64,000 bases of DNA, taken from contig CM059432.1 in NCBI GenBank assembly GCA_030390025.1, positions 52,888,001-52,952,000 of the forward strand, given 5' to 3'. Source of the DNA: Squalus acanthias (taxonomy: Eukaryota). Shown one piece after another: positions 51,991 through 64,000 of the stretch; position 1 is the first letter of the stretch; every line of letters begins with the position of its first letter. A program made the translations under genes and the position numbers. A model generated the notes under the pieces. The model made no database searches and was not told where the DNA came from. It saw only the letters and a program-made list of their open reading frames with translations.

Positions 51991-52653
51991 TTTTTATAAT
52001 ATGATCTATTTAAGATATGCACTGAGGTGGGAAAGATTCCTAATACATTTTAAAAGTTACGGCACCAAAGATATACAGGATGAAAGCACTCGTTTGTAAA
52101 AAAAAGCTATTGTAAAGTTAAGACATGGTGTTCCAATTTATCAATGTGCCACCTTCAGTAATGTCCATGGATCCTAAGCCTGTCAATCTTGATGTTTGCA
52201 TCATTTTGCTAAAGGTCTACTGTGAATAAGTTGGAAATATGAACGATGAATCCATAAGCAGATGAAGTTCAACACAGAATTTCCTTCGCAAGTTGACATG
52301 ACATGGCCACCTTTTACAAAGATGCAATAATTGCTGTACAAGAGTGGTTTGAGATAGGAGCTTCTGTAGCAACCACTCTTCCTAAATTTCATAGAAATTA
52401 TTTGAATGACAAAGGTCTAATTTAGATCATTGAATTTTACAGGGCAGGAAACGACAGTAGCCTTTTCATGAGTTAAAACATAATTTTTGTGTTAATCTTG
52501 CAAAAATTATTTTGAAGCATCTAAACTATACATTGTACTGTATACCAAGACCCTTATTCATTCATGCAACTGCTTACAATTGAACTGCACATTTATCGTA
52601 CCTGACATTAAAGAACTGAAGATAGATAAGAAATTCAACACTTTTCTGCTTAC

Positions 52654-52802
52654 TTGACTGTAAATGCACTTTCCAGTGAAATGTGATCATCTTGGTATGA
52701 GACCTGACAGTAGCGCACATCCTTAATGGAGCATGGTACTTTTACATCAGGCAACAATCCTTGAATTAAATGTTCTCTATTTATCCGTGGTGTCCAGTTG
52801 AC
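52654..52802 (-). CDS. SMCHD1: SMCHD1 internal coding exon, 149 nt
   Basis: TTTTAG|GTC ... GTC AA|GTAAGC; hand translation [49 protein letters not shown](K); not in the ORF track. Confidence 0.95.
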
Positions 52803-53399
52803 CTAAAATTAAGAATTTTAAACTTATTTTTTTAGAGCATTTGGGGGGGAAAAAAAACCACACAAACTACTCTGGTTTTCCTTATTACAATGGAACTTCA
52901 ATTTAGCAAATTTGATGGATAACAAAAGCATTAATTTGAAATCCCCACTATGATTTTTTTTTAAAGTTTATTTAAGTACAAATTACCATTATAATAAATA
53001 AAAATCCAATGAACCCAGCAAAAGATAAAATATGAAATCTTGCTAAAGTAGGAATAGGATAGGTTTTTGAACAGGAAGAATATAAAAGGGTACAGGAAAA
53101 AGGCACAGAAAACCATTTAGAGTAGATATGCAAAGTGCATTTCTAGCTTTGTTTTTGCAAAGGTGGTAACAAGTTTGGCACCACAACAAAATGGGCCCAA
53201 ACCTGCAAGACTAAACAAATGAGTGTTAACTAGTTCTAATTAACTAAGTTTAAAGTAGTATAAAAGATAGCACTTTAATGGCAGGAGGAGGAGCTGGGCT
53301 AGTTATGAATGATTTAGAATATCTTTGATCTACAAAGTTTCCAGAAGGAGTTCATATACGTCAAGTGTCAAAGCTACAATCCTCAAGAATGCTGAACGT

Positions 53400-55560
53400 G
53401 AGGGCTAGCAGGTTACATGCTGCAACATGAGGAGGAAAGGTTTCTGAAAGATATATCCCAAAAGGTGGTCACCAACAGATAGAAAAAATGAAGCAGGCAG
53501 GGAAGAGATGACAATATGAGACCAGGGAATCAGTATAAGGAAACCTATGGGTCTGGATTTGTCCAACAGGTACATAGTTCTCAACATATACAACGATGAA
53601 AAGGACAGAGGCACAGAAGAGCATAATCACTGTGAAGCAAGGGGTTACTCAAGTGTGTGTTTGGGGGGAAGGGGAAGATGTGCTGGGCAGAGAGATGGAC
53701 GACGAGGCACACTAGCCATGAGAACAGGAGATAGTTGTGGAGATTCTACAATTAAGGTGATAAACAGCCTAGAAACTAACTACGGATGGCTTCCATATAT
53801 TACTGTCAGCAGGAGTGATTGGACCAAGAACTCCGCAGTCAAACACGGGAGGTGTATACAAGAGCAGATAGTCATGTGACTTCAATTTTCCAAGGATAGA
53901 TTTGGAAATCTATAAAGGTAACGATGAGTGAAAGCACGATCCTGGATCGTTACGTGGAGCATTAGTCAAAGTATTGACTAATTAGTCAAGAAATTGGTCA
54001 GAAGACTGGGGGATATCAACAGAAATGTCAGGCATGTCTACAAATATATTTGCAATAAGCAGATTAAAAAAGTAGAGTGGGTCCAAGAGAAGAAGATTCC
54101 AAAAGGTGACGAAGAAATAACTAAAGGAAAAATAATTATTTGGGTAAGATATTCAATGGCTAAGGAAGATAAGGCACCTGGTCCGGAAGATCATACAAGG
54201 GCACTTAAAGTGGCCAATGAAATTGGTCAAGCCCACATTACTCATCGTTAGGAAATTAGAAATGCTGGCCATTGCTGTTTACATAATATGTAAATTATTT
54301 GGCACTGGGAACAGGGAGAATAGACTGATGTTGCAAACAAATGGAAGCAATGAGGGGACCAAGAAAAAAAAAGATTGTTCCTAAAGTAAAGCTATGGGTT
54401 GGCACAGTGGGCTGAGGAAATAGAAAAACAAGGTAAAAGAGATTACGAAACTGATCACAAGAGCAAGAGATATTAATAGCATTTCTATAAATATATTCAC
54501 AATAAACAGGTAAAAAAAGTAGTCATTGGAAACAATAGGGAAAAGGCAAACAAAATACAAAGGGATGTGGATAGGTTGGGAAAATGGGCAAGTGGCATTT
54601 ACTGTGGATAAATGCAAAGTTATGAGATAAGGGAAGAGAAAATAACAGTGGGAATATAAATTAAATACTTAACTACATGAAAAACACAGAAGAGGGATCA
54701 GGGATATTGGTGGATAGCTCACTGAAATCAAAAGCAGTGTGCAGCAGTTTGGAAAGCTAACCAGATCTAATGATACAAGCAGAGAGATAAGTACAAACCC
54801 AGGAAGTGATAATGAGTCTGTACAAGGCAGTGCACAGCCACACCTGGAGTACTATAGAATTCTGGTCACCATACTACAACAAAGATATCCAGGAACAGGG
54901 TCAGTGCAGAAAAGGCCAACCAAATGGACACCTATATTAAGCAGCGTTCCCGCTAAGCTAGGCAGTGGTCTGGAGGTCCCGCGCAGGCTGCTCACCAGAT
55001 TTTATATGCGAGAAACCGCGCAGCATGAAAATTTGAATGGGTTGCGCAGCCACTTAAAGGGACCGAGCAACAAAAAAAAAGGGAACATTGATCTTAAGGC
55101 AGCTGAGCTACATGAAAGGTTGAAGAGTTTAGGATGGTTTACTCTGGAGAAGAGAAGGCTCAGGGGGAGATATTATTTAAGATTCTTAAAGGAATAGATA
55201 AATTCATACCCAGTAATAGGTTTGAGATTGCTATAATCACTAGAATCAGGGGAATACAGGTTGCAGCTTAGAAGAGGGAAGGTGCACAGACGATTTACAT
55301 TTAACTACTTCATGGTGAGTTTGATGAACGTTTGGAATGGAGTGCTCAGGAAGGCAATAAAGGCAGATAGTTTGGGAAAAAATAGAGAACTGGATAGATA
55401 TTTAAGGGACTGAGCAATTGAGAGATAAAAAGTTTCTGGGATTAGTCAGATGAACTTCCAAGTCTTCCAATATCACTGTGTTCAATTTTAAGAGCTGCCA
55501 GTATCAAAGACATAATGGGCCAAATGGTCTCCCATGCTGTAATTTCTACAATTCTGTGAT
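53400..55560 (+). mobile_element. Very old, deleted CR1 LINE
   Basis: Relic motifs KAPGPED, PHLEYY, LGWFTLEKRRLRG and a CR1-like tail. Confidence 0.65.
54942..55090. mobile_element. 149-bp hAT-type MITE
   Basis: TIR CAGCGTTCCC / GGGAACATTG; 8-bp TSD ATATTAAG / ATCTTAAG (7/8). Confidence 0.75.
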
Positions 55561-55672
55561 AGTTATACTTTAAAATGCTTAAACTTAAGAATACTATAGA
55601 TTCTTTCATTATATATTAAATATCTTTCTAATAGGGATTGTTAGCAAAAGTTAGTAAGAAACCAGCGTCTAC

Positions 55673-55900
55673 CTTAATTTTCTCAGCTAGAGATGAATTA
55701 ACAACAATCTGTCGATCACCCTCATCATACATCCGAAAGATAAGATGGTGAATTATGTCCCCAGCAATCCAATCAATTTCATCCTGATGTTTGATGGGAA
55801 TGGCCTTTTGTCCATCCATGCTGAAGATCTGGAGCTTGGCGACTTGAGTGCTAGGGAGCAATTTGATTACCTTCTCCACTGCTGTCACGTCTTTACAGCT
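55673..55900 (-). CDS. SMCHD1: SMCHD1 internal coding exon, 228 nt
   Basis: GTGCAG|AGC ... [85 protein letters not shown]. Confidence 0.95.
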
Positions 55901-56604
55901 CTGCACATTAAGAACCACACAATATTTAAAAAATCAAATTAGTCAAAGAGAGCAAACACAATCTGAAAAGCAAGAAGCCATGGAAAAACAAGAAGCAATG
56001 AAACATGCTGGTATGATTAAGATAATTTTAAAAATATCTCAATACTACTTTCAATTGTTAGCATTGTATAAACTCAGTAGGCACAATATGAAATCAAAAC
56101 TCTTTGTACACAGTGGAATCTCCATTATCATAATAGCACCTCTACCAACTCCCCAGTGGATAATGCAAATATGCAGAGTACAGAAACTCCACTGTGCAGA
56201 TTGCAATTGTTGCCAATTAGGACAAAGTAAACATTTCAAATTTCAAACAAGTATGCCAACAACTGAACTGACATTAGTCTAGCTTCCCAGTTTACCCTTC
56301 ACTCCTTTCTTGAACAGAGGTGTTACACTGGTTGTCCTTCAGTCTAGAGCACAATCTGGATATCCAAGGGGAATTGAAAAATTGTGGTCAGAGCCTCAGT
56401 TATCTTCTCTGACTTCCTTCAATTGGTAGGGTGCACACTATTAGTGCTCAGTAACCATCCACCTTGAATTCTGCTATTTCCCCCCCACACAGAATCAATG
56501 CCTTTGCTACAGTTCTCTTCAATATTTACTACACTTCCTCCTCCAGTAAAAGTACATTCTCATTTCCAGCTTCATTTGTACGCAGACACAAAATATTTAA
56601 TATC

Positions 56605-57045
56605 TCAAATTGTTAAACCCCTGTTCAAAAAAAGAAGGGAGATAAACCCGGCAACTACAGGCCAGTCAGCCAACATCGATGGCGGGGAAACTTTTAGAAA
56701 TAATAATCCAAGAGAAAATTAATTGTCACTTCCAAAAAATATGGGTTAATAAATGACAGCCAGCACAGATTTGTTAAAGGCAAATCGAGTTTGACTAACT
56801 TGATTAAATTCTTTGATGCAGTAACGAGAGGGATGGTGAAGGTAGTCCGGTTGATGGGTCTGCTGACTTTCAAAAAGCGTTTGATAAAGTACCACATAAT
56901 AGACTTGTTAGCAAAATTGAAGCCCATGGGATTAAAGGGGCAGTGGCAGCATAGATTTGAAATTGGCCAAGTTGAGAGCAATGATGAATGGTTGTTTTTG
57001 ACTGGAAGTATATAGTGGTGTCCCCCAGGGATCAGTATTAGGCCC
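56605..57045 (+). mobile_element. CR1 RT internal fragment (adjacent to an older minus-strand piece at about 56270-56600)
   Basis: AACTACAGGCCAGTCAGC (NYRPVS), QHRFVKGKSSLTNL, GGTGTCCCCCAGGGATCAGT (GVPQGS). Confidence 0.75.
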
Positions 57046-57227
57046 ACAGCCAATATCATTCCCAGTTCTTACATTTCTCGGAAATATCTACAAATCATTA
57101 CAATTTGGTAGCTTGCACACTGAGAACTGTACGATTTCCTATTCTTTCATACTATCCATATGGATTCTGTCTTAATGCAACCTCCAGACACAACTGCCAA
57201 TAAAGTATCAAAAAAAGATTTTCTTAC

Positions 57228-57362
57228 CGGTATCTCAATTCTTGCTTTCAGTGTTTGGTCCTTCTTAATATTCAGGACATGTATCACAGGGCCAGTTATG
57301 ATTCCTGTACCAGTGTTACTACAATCCACTGTATACACAGGCAGATTTGGGGCACCAAGAAA
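57228..57362 (-). CDS. SMCHD1: SMCHD1 internal coding exon, 135 nt
   Basis: TTTCAG|TTT ... [54 protein letters not shown]; phase 0/0, continues the previous exon. Confidence 0.95.
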
Positions 57363-57469
57363 CTGAAAAGAAACAGCACGCAAACAATTACATGTTAATA
57401 AAGACAAAGTAAGAACTGGGCAAGCTAATGCAAGAGTTAGAGTAGAGTATAGAGTACAAGCCCAAATCA

Positions 57470-57735
57470 CTGTGTGGTGCAGTAATTATACAATTAGCTT
57501 TCACTTTTGGCTTCTCAGCTCAAACCCGGCCCAGGATGATGGAACCCTCTGTCTGCTGTACGCAAAAGTAAAATGACTCAATGCAGTTCCTAAAAAGGCA
57601 TGAACCTACAGTAGAAACCTGCCACAGCACTAACGGGAAACTTTAAGCTCTGCATTTAACCATGCTATATCTGATGCAGCCACTTGGTATCCAAAATAAA
57701 AAAGATTCAATTTCTAAGCACTAACTTTCCTCACT
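57470..57735 (+). mobile_element. Degenerate tRNA-SINE, possibly LF-SINE-like
   Basis: Relic head (GCTTTCAC...CAAACCCGGCCCAGG) and AAATGA..CA.TGCAGTTCCTA motif reminiscent of LF-SINE; from recall only. Confidence 0.35.
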
Positions 57736-57929
57736 TTGAATAGATAAATCTGTAAGATATGCCACAAGAAATAAAATTCAACCAGATCATTAAATAACAT
57801 GAATTCCAGGTCCTTAAGTAGCTTCCCTTTCTTTCACTGAAGTTTTTAGCTTATACATTGAAACAACTCAAATATTGTTGTTTGGATGTCTGAAGTTTAT
57901 CTTGTCAGGTTACTTTTATTATCTAAATA

Positions 57930-58275
57930 ATCTGATCCTAAGGGGAACAGATAGGGTAGATAGAGAGAAACTATCTCCGTTGGTTGGGGAGTCTAAGATT
58001 AGGGGGCATAGTCTAAAAATCAGAGCCAGACCTTTCAGGAGTGAAATTAGGAAACACTTCTACACACAAAGGGTGGTAGAGGTTTGGAACTCTTCCGCAA
58101 CAGCAATTGCTGCCAGATCAATTGTTAATTTTAAGTCGGAGATTGATAGATTTTTGTTAACCAAAGGTATTAAGGGATATGGGCCAAAGGCGGGTATAGA
58201 GTTAGGTCGCAAAACAGCCATTGAATGGCGGAACAGGCTCGAGGGGCTTAATGGCCTACTCCTGTTCCTATGTTC
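57930..58275 (+). mobile_element. CR1 3' fragment
   Basis: ILRGTDRVDREKL...RKHFYTQRVVEVWNS; tail GGCCTACTCCTGTTCCTATGTTC. Confidence 0.85.
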
Positions 58276-58799
58276 CCACCACCCTCTGGCTGAAAAAAGT
58301 TCTCAGCTCCCCTCTAATCCTTCTACCAGTTACTTTAAATCTATGCCCCCGGTTATTGACCTCTCTGCTCAGGGAAATAGGCCCTTCCTATCCACGAAAT
58401 CTAGGCCCTCATAATTTTATACACCTCAATCAAGTCCCCCCTCAGCCTCCTCTGTTCCAAAGAAAACAACCCCACCCTATCCAATCTTTCCTCATAGCTA
58501 AAATTCTCCAGTCCTGGCAACATCCTCAAATCTCCTCTGTACCCTCTCTAGTGCAATCCCATCTTTCCTGTAATGTGGTGACCAGAACTGTACGCTGTAC
58601 TCTAGCTATGACCTAACTAGTGTTTTATACAGTTCAAGTAGAACCTCCCTGCTCTTATATTCTATGCCTCAGCTAATAAAGGAAAGTATGACGTATGCCT
58701 TCTTAACCATCTTATCTACCTGTCCTGCTACCTTCAGGGATCTGTGGACATGCACGCCAAGGTCTCTCTGCACTTCTCAGCATCCTACCATTTATTGTG

Positions 58800-58993
58800 T
58801 GTGGTAACACAATACAGCTTCCTGTGACTCGAACTTTATTGCATCACTTCCTGTGATTAGTCCAGGATAAATACTGGACTGATCAGTTGGATCCTGGAGA
58901 GGCATAGAGTAAGACCTCTTTTGTATGTAGCACCTTTTTAGTTGATTAAAGCTTACTTTAAGTTCACCACGCGTAAGGCTCATTCTTACGACA
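58800..58993 (+). mobile_element. 194-bp solo LTR
   Basis: TGTGGTAA...TTACGACA termini; 5-bp TSD TTGTG; TATA-like ATAAATA and ATTAAA in promoter then polyA order. Confidence 0.75.
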
Positions 58994-60388
58994 TTGTGTA
59001 TTTCCTTGACTTGTTAGCCCTCCCCAAATGCATTACTTCACACTTCTCTGGATTGAATTCCATTTGCCACTTCTCTGCCCGCCTACCCAGTCCAGATATC
59101 TTCTTGCAGTCTTCGGCTTTCTTCCCAGCAACCACACGGCCAATTTTTGGATCATATGCAAACTTCTTAATAATGCCCCCTACATTGAAGTCTAAATCAT
59201 TATTTCCCACAAAAAGCAAGAGACCCCACTGGAAACAGCCTTCAAAAACACCCGTCAACCATTACCCTTTGCTTCCTGCCACTGAGCCAATTCTGGATCC
59301 AATTTGCCACTTTTCCTTGGATCCCATGGGCTTTTACTTTTCTGCCATGTGGGACTTTGTCAAAAGCCTTGCTAAAATCCATGTAGGCATCATCAAACGC
59401 ACTACCTTCATGGACCCTCCTTGTTACCTCCTCAAAAAATTCAATCAAGTTAGTCAGACACGAGCTTCCCTTAACAAATCCATGCTGACTGTCCTTGATT
59501 AATCAGTGCCTTTCTAAATGATGATTAATATGCCCCCCAGAATTTTTTCCAATAATTTGCCCACCACTGAGGTTAGGCTGACTGGCCCCTGTAATTACTC
59601 GGTCTATCCCTTTCTCCCTTTTTAAAACAACGGTACAACTTTAGCAGTCCTCTAATCCTCCGGCACCACGCCTATAGCCAGAGAGGATTGGGAAATGATG
59701 GTCAGAGCCTCTCCTATTTCCTCCCTTGCTTCTCAACAGCCTGGGTTACATTTCATCCAGGCCTGGCGATTTATCTACTTTCAAAGATGCTAAACCCCTT
59801 AATACTTCTTCTCTCACTAGGCTTATCTCATCTAATATTTCACACTCCTCCCCCTTAACTACAATGTCTGCATAGTCCCCCTCTTTTGTGAAGACAGATG
59901 CAAAGTATTCATTAAGAACCATACCCACGTCTTCCGCCTCCACACACGGGTTACCTTTTTGGTCTCTAATAGGCCCTACTCTTTCTTCAGTTATCCGCTT
60001 GCTCTTTATATATTTATAAAACATCTTTGGGTTTTCCTTGCCAGTATTTTTTCACGCCCTCTCTTTGCTTTCCTAATTTCTTTTTAATTTCACCCCTGCA
60101 CTTTCTATACTCTAGGCTTTCTGCAGTATTTAGCTCTCAGTATCTGACATAAGCTTCCCTTTCTTGCCTTGTCCTACCCTGTATGCCCCTTGACATCCAG
60201 GGGGCTCCAGATTAGGGAGTTCCACCCTTTTTTTGTGGGAACATATTTGCTCTGAACCCTCACTTTCTCCTCCTTTCATGCCCCGCACTGCTGTGACACA
60301 GATTTACCTTCAAGGAGCTGCTTCCAGTCCACTTTTGCTAAATCACATCTCAGCTTAGTAAAATTGGCCTTTCCCCAATTGAGAACTT

Positions 60389-61000
60389 AGAATCACAGAA
60401 TCATATAATGGTTACAGCACAGGAGGCTGCTATTCGGCCCGTCAAGCCTGTGTTGGCTCTCTGCAAGCGCACTTCAGCAAGTCCCACTCTCCCATCCTTT
60501 CCCCGTAGCCCTGCAAATTTTCTCTCTTCAGACACTTATCCAATTCCCTTTTGAAAGCCAAGATTGAGTCTGCCTCCACCACCCTTTCAGGCAGTACATT
60601 CCAGATCCTAACCACTCACTGCGTAAAAAAGTTTTTCCTCATGTCATCTTTGGTTCTTCTGCCAATCACCTTAAATCTGTGTTCTCTGGTTCGCAACCCT
60701 TCCGTCAATGGGAACACTTTCTCTCTATCTACTCTGTCTAGACCCATAATTTTGAACACCTCTATCAAATCTCCTCTCAACCTTCTCTGCTCTAAGGAGA
60801 ACAACCCCAGCTTCTCTAGTCTACCCACATAACTGAAGTCCCTCAGCCCTGGAACCATTCTTGTAAATCTTTTCTGCACCCTCTCCAAGGCCTTGACATC
60901 TTTCCTAAAGTGCGGTGCCCAGAATTGGACACAATACTCCAGTTGGGGCCAAACTGATGTTTTATAAAAGTTCATTATAACTTCCTTGCTTTTGTACTCC
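60389..61000 (-). mobile_element. CR1 3' fragment, nested
   Basis: ORF 60616-60975 LEYCVQFWAPHFRKD...; tail at the left end. Confidence 0.88.
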
Positions 61001-61584
61001 TTTTAGTCCTGGTCTATCTTTGTCCTTTTCCATAACTATGCTAAATCTAACTGAATTATGATCACAACCACCAAAATGCTCTCCCACTGATACCCCTTTC
61101 TGAAAACCCTGTATCCAGGAATGTTGAGCTGCCATTCCAGCCCTTCTTTCAGCCATGTTTCAGTAATAGCTATATCATACTTCCACGTGTCTATCTGTAC
61201 CCTAAGCTCATCTGCCTTATTTACTAGACTCATTGCATTGAAGTATATACCATTAAGCACTGCCAAACCCCTTTATTGTTCATTTTCGAGCCTTTGTTTC
61301 CTCTGCCTTCAAAACTCACTTACTAATTTACTGCCTTCCATTTCCAGCTTTGCTTCTCTCCCCAACAATACTAGCAAACCTCCCCGCGAGGGTATTGGTC
61401 CCGGCCCTGTTGCGGTGCAACCTGTCCGGCTCGTACAGGTTGCACCTCCCCAGAACCAGTCCCAATGCTTCAGGAATCTAAAGTCCTCCCTCCTGCACCA
61501 TCTCTCCGGCCACACATCAATTTGCTCTATCCTCCAATTTCTGTACTCACTAGCACGTGGCACCAGGAGTAATCCGGAGATTAC

Positions 61585-62574
61585 GTATACAGTGCTGTTC
61601 CCCAGGGGTCGGTTCTAGGACCACTGCATTTCTGGATATATATTAATGACTTGGACATGGGTGTACAGGGCACAATTTCAAAATTTGCAGATGACAAAAC
61701 TTGGAAGTATAGTGAACAGTGAGGAAGATAGTGATAGACTTCAAGAGGACATAGACAGGCTGGCAGAATGGGCGGACACGTGGCAGATTAAATTTAACAC
61801 CAAAAAGTGCAAAGTGATACATTTTGGTAGAAAGAATAAGGAGGAAATATAAACTAAAGGGTATAATCCTAAATGGGTTGCATGAACAGAGAGACCTCGG
61901 GGTTTATGTGCACAAATTGTTGAAGGTGGCAGGGCAGGTTGAGAAAGCAGTTAAAAAGGCTTATGGGATCCTGGGCTTCATGAATAGAGGTATAGAGTAC
62001 AAAAGCGTGGAATTATGATGAACCTGTATAAAACACTGGTTCGGCCTCAAATGGAGTATTGTGTCCAATTCTGGGCACCGTACTTCAGGAAGGATGTGAA
62101 GGCCTTGGAGAGGGTGCAGAAAAGATTTACGAGAATGATTCCAGGGATGAGGGACTTCAGTTATGTGGATAGACTGGAGAAGCTGGGGTTGTTCTCCTTA
62201 GAGCAGAGAAGATCAAGAGGAGGTTTGATAGAGGTGTTCAAAATCATGAGGAGTCTTAATAGAGTAGATAGAGAGAAACTGTTCCCATTGGCAGAGGGGT
62301 CAAGAACCAGAGGACACAGATTGAAGGTGATTGGCAAAAGAACCAAAGGCGACATAAGAAAAAATGCAGTGAGTTGTTAGGATCTAGAATGCACTGCCCG
62401 AAAGGGTGGTGGAGGCAGACTCAATCACGGCTTTCAAAAGGGAGTTGGATAAGTACCTGAATGAAAAAAAATTGCAGGGCTGCGGGGGAGTGGGACTAGC
62501 TGAGGTGCCCTTGCAGAGAGTTGGCACGGACTCGACAGACCGAATGGCCTTCTTCCGTGCTGTAACCATTGTAT
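61585..62574 (+). mobile_element. 5'-truncated CR1, nested in the host ORF1
   Basis: ORF 62015-62380; TSD GATTAC at 61579-61584 and 62575-62580. Confidence 0.9.
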
Positions 62575-63579
62575 GATTACTATCTTTGAGGTTCTGTTTA
62601 TCCAACTGTTTCCTAGCTCCCTAAAATCTGCCTGCAAGACCTCATCCCTCTTTCTACCTATGTCATCGGTACTGATATGGACCACGACCTCTGGCTGTTC
62701 ACCATTTCCCCCACCCACCAAACAAGCAACAGGCCATCATTATTCTAGCAACTTTTCTCCTCCATTTTGACTCTTTGAATCCAATAGTGTCTTTCTGCAA
62801 ATTGTACTGCAGAGAAGAATCAGAATCAGCATCCTAGAATAGAAGTACTATTCTTTTTAAATCACTTGATGGGGCACAGCAATTCCAAGTACAAACTACG
62901 CAATTTCAATTATTTGTAAATTAGTCCTTCAGAATTTGGTTCAACTTTTCTTGAATGAGCAGAGATAGTTAAGACAGAATAAATATACCAACTTCAACAA
63001 ATTCCACCTTACCCACGCTAATCGCAAGCTGTGTTTATATTCCATGGTGTTAATTTTGGGCATATGCTAATGACAACTCAGTTTACTACATGTGCAAGAT
63101 ATCAAATTCCACTTCTACAAACTGAATTTTTTTTCATAACTACTGTACATTTCAAAACCTAATGTAACCACTACATTTTGCAGCATGTTCAAATACTTTT
63201 TTTTATATTTTACTCCATTCAGCCATCTATGTCAAAATACTGCACAAAATTTTGCAATTTGTTACAACAGAAACACCTTGGATGTAGCAACAGGAATATA
63301 AATTTGAAAACTACTGTGCTGTCCTAAATATCATACAAGGAAAACAAAATTCAAGTTATCATCATGAAGTTAGTGATGTAAAAAAAATCCAGAAATCTAA
63401 AAACGCATTAATGCTTACTATAAAGAGAACCGTACAACGAATATGCAATTCCATGATAGACAGTTGCATTATGAAAATAATGGAGTAGAAGATGGCGAAA
63501 GAGGATGAAGAACAGAGATAATGGCAACTGAAAAAAAAAATCAAGAACAGTTGTCCAACTGTTAAAGATATATATTTAC

Positions 63580-63719
63580 CTTACAATGTACCACCAACTT
63601 GGGCTGTGCTGTAATATTCCCCGCTTCATCCAGCACCTCAGCTTGGAAAGGGAAAGTGGTTCCATTTTCAATAACTACTTTATTAGAATCTGGCTTTATC
63701 TTCAGCTCACGTGGTGGCC
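63580..63719 (-). CDS. SMCHD1: SMCHD1 internal coding exon (first in window), 140 nt
   Basis: TTTATTACAG|GG CCA CCA ... CAT TGT AAG|GTAAAT; encodes (G)[46 protein letters not shown], close to recalled human [47 protein letters not shown]. Confidence 0.95.
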
Positions 63720-64000
63720 CTGTAATAAACACAGTATAGAGCTTCTGCATCAGCAAGGCTTTCCTCTTTGGCCCCATCCACCTTAAAAACATTCTCCTTT
63801 CCTTTCCTGTAGGTGCTGAGTTATGAGCCACAGGCACCAATAACTCTCTGGGACCTTATCAAAATGATCATTCTTTACATGTGAATCTAGATAGTGAGTG
63901 TTGACAGGCTATTTAACTTTGCAAGACATCACCACTGAGGTCAGATTTTATACTAGGCATGTACATACATGGACTTTTCAGCTCGGGTCACTAGATAGCA

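Larger units (their letters stand above)
58276..62715 (-). mobile_element. Near full-length decayed CR1 (ORF1 esterase-like relic plus ORF2) with three nested inserts
   Basis: ORF1-like EQPEVVVHISTDDIGRKRDEVLQADFRELG and WCRREDFRFLKHWD; APE YFNAMSLVNKADEL..IAITETWL; RT MDFSKAFDKVPH. Confidence 0.85.

Noticed and set aside
63562..63840. ORF-track start and stop as a standalone 92-aa gene
   Set aside because: Only 63580-63719 is SMCHD1-like and splice-bounded; the rest is intron read-through (same for ORFs 11283-11495, 55628-55918 and 57147-57470)

Overview
Vertebrate genomic DNA, most likely from a cartilaginous fish (inferred from the repeat families, not proven). The window lies inside one large gene on the minus strand. 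Ten internal GT-AG exons (63719 down to 11327; 1392 nt, about 464 codons, phases mutually consistent) encode the central Ig-like linker region of SMCHD1; the start and stop codons lie outside the window. The introns are packed with nested, mostly decayed transposons: CR1 LINEs, RTE fragments, tRNA-derived SINEs, PIF/Harbinger, hAT and pogo-like MITEs, and a solo LTR. Most notable: (i) a four-copy APE-RT LINE family whose 5' end is a tRNA/SINE-type Pol III head and whose sense strand appears to lack shared T4+ terminators; (ii) a Penelope-derived perfect 192-bp palindrome with a 12-bp TSD carrying a minimal hammerhead ribozyme motif on each strand, plus a second hammerhead family at about 2.9 kb; (iii) a 29-bp GC-rich minisatellite expanded inside a MITE-like shell. 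Family names come from motif recognition and recall, not database searches. Boundaries of old repeats are approximate.
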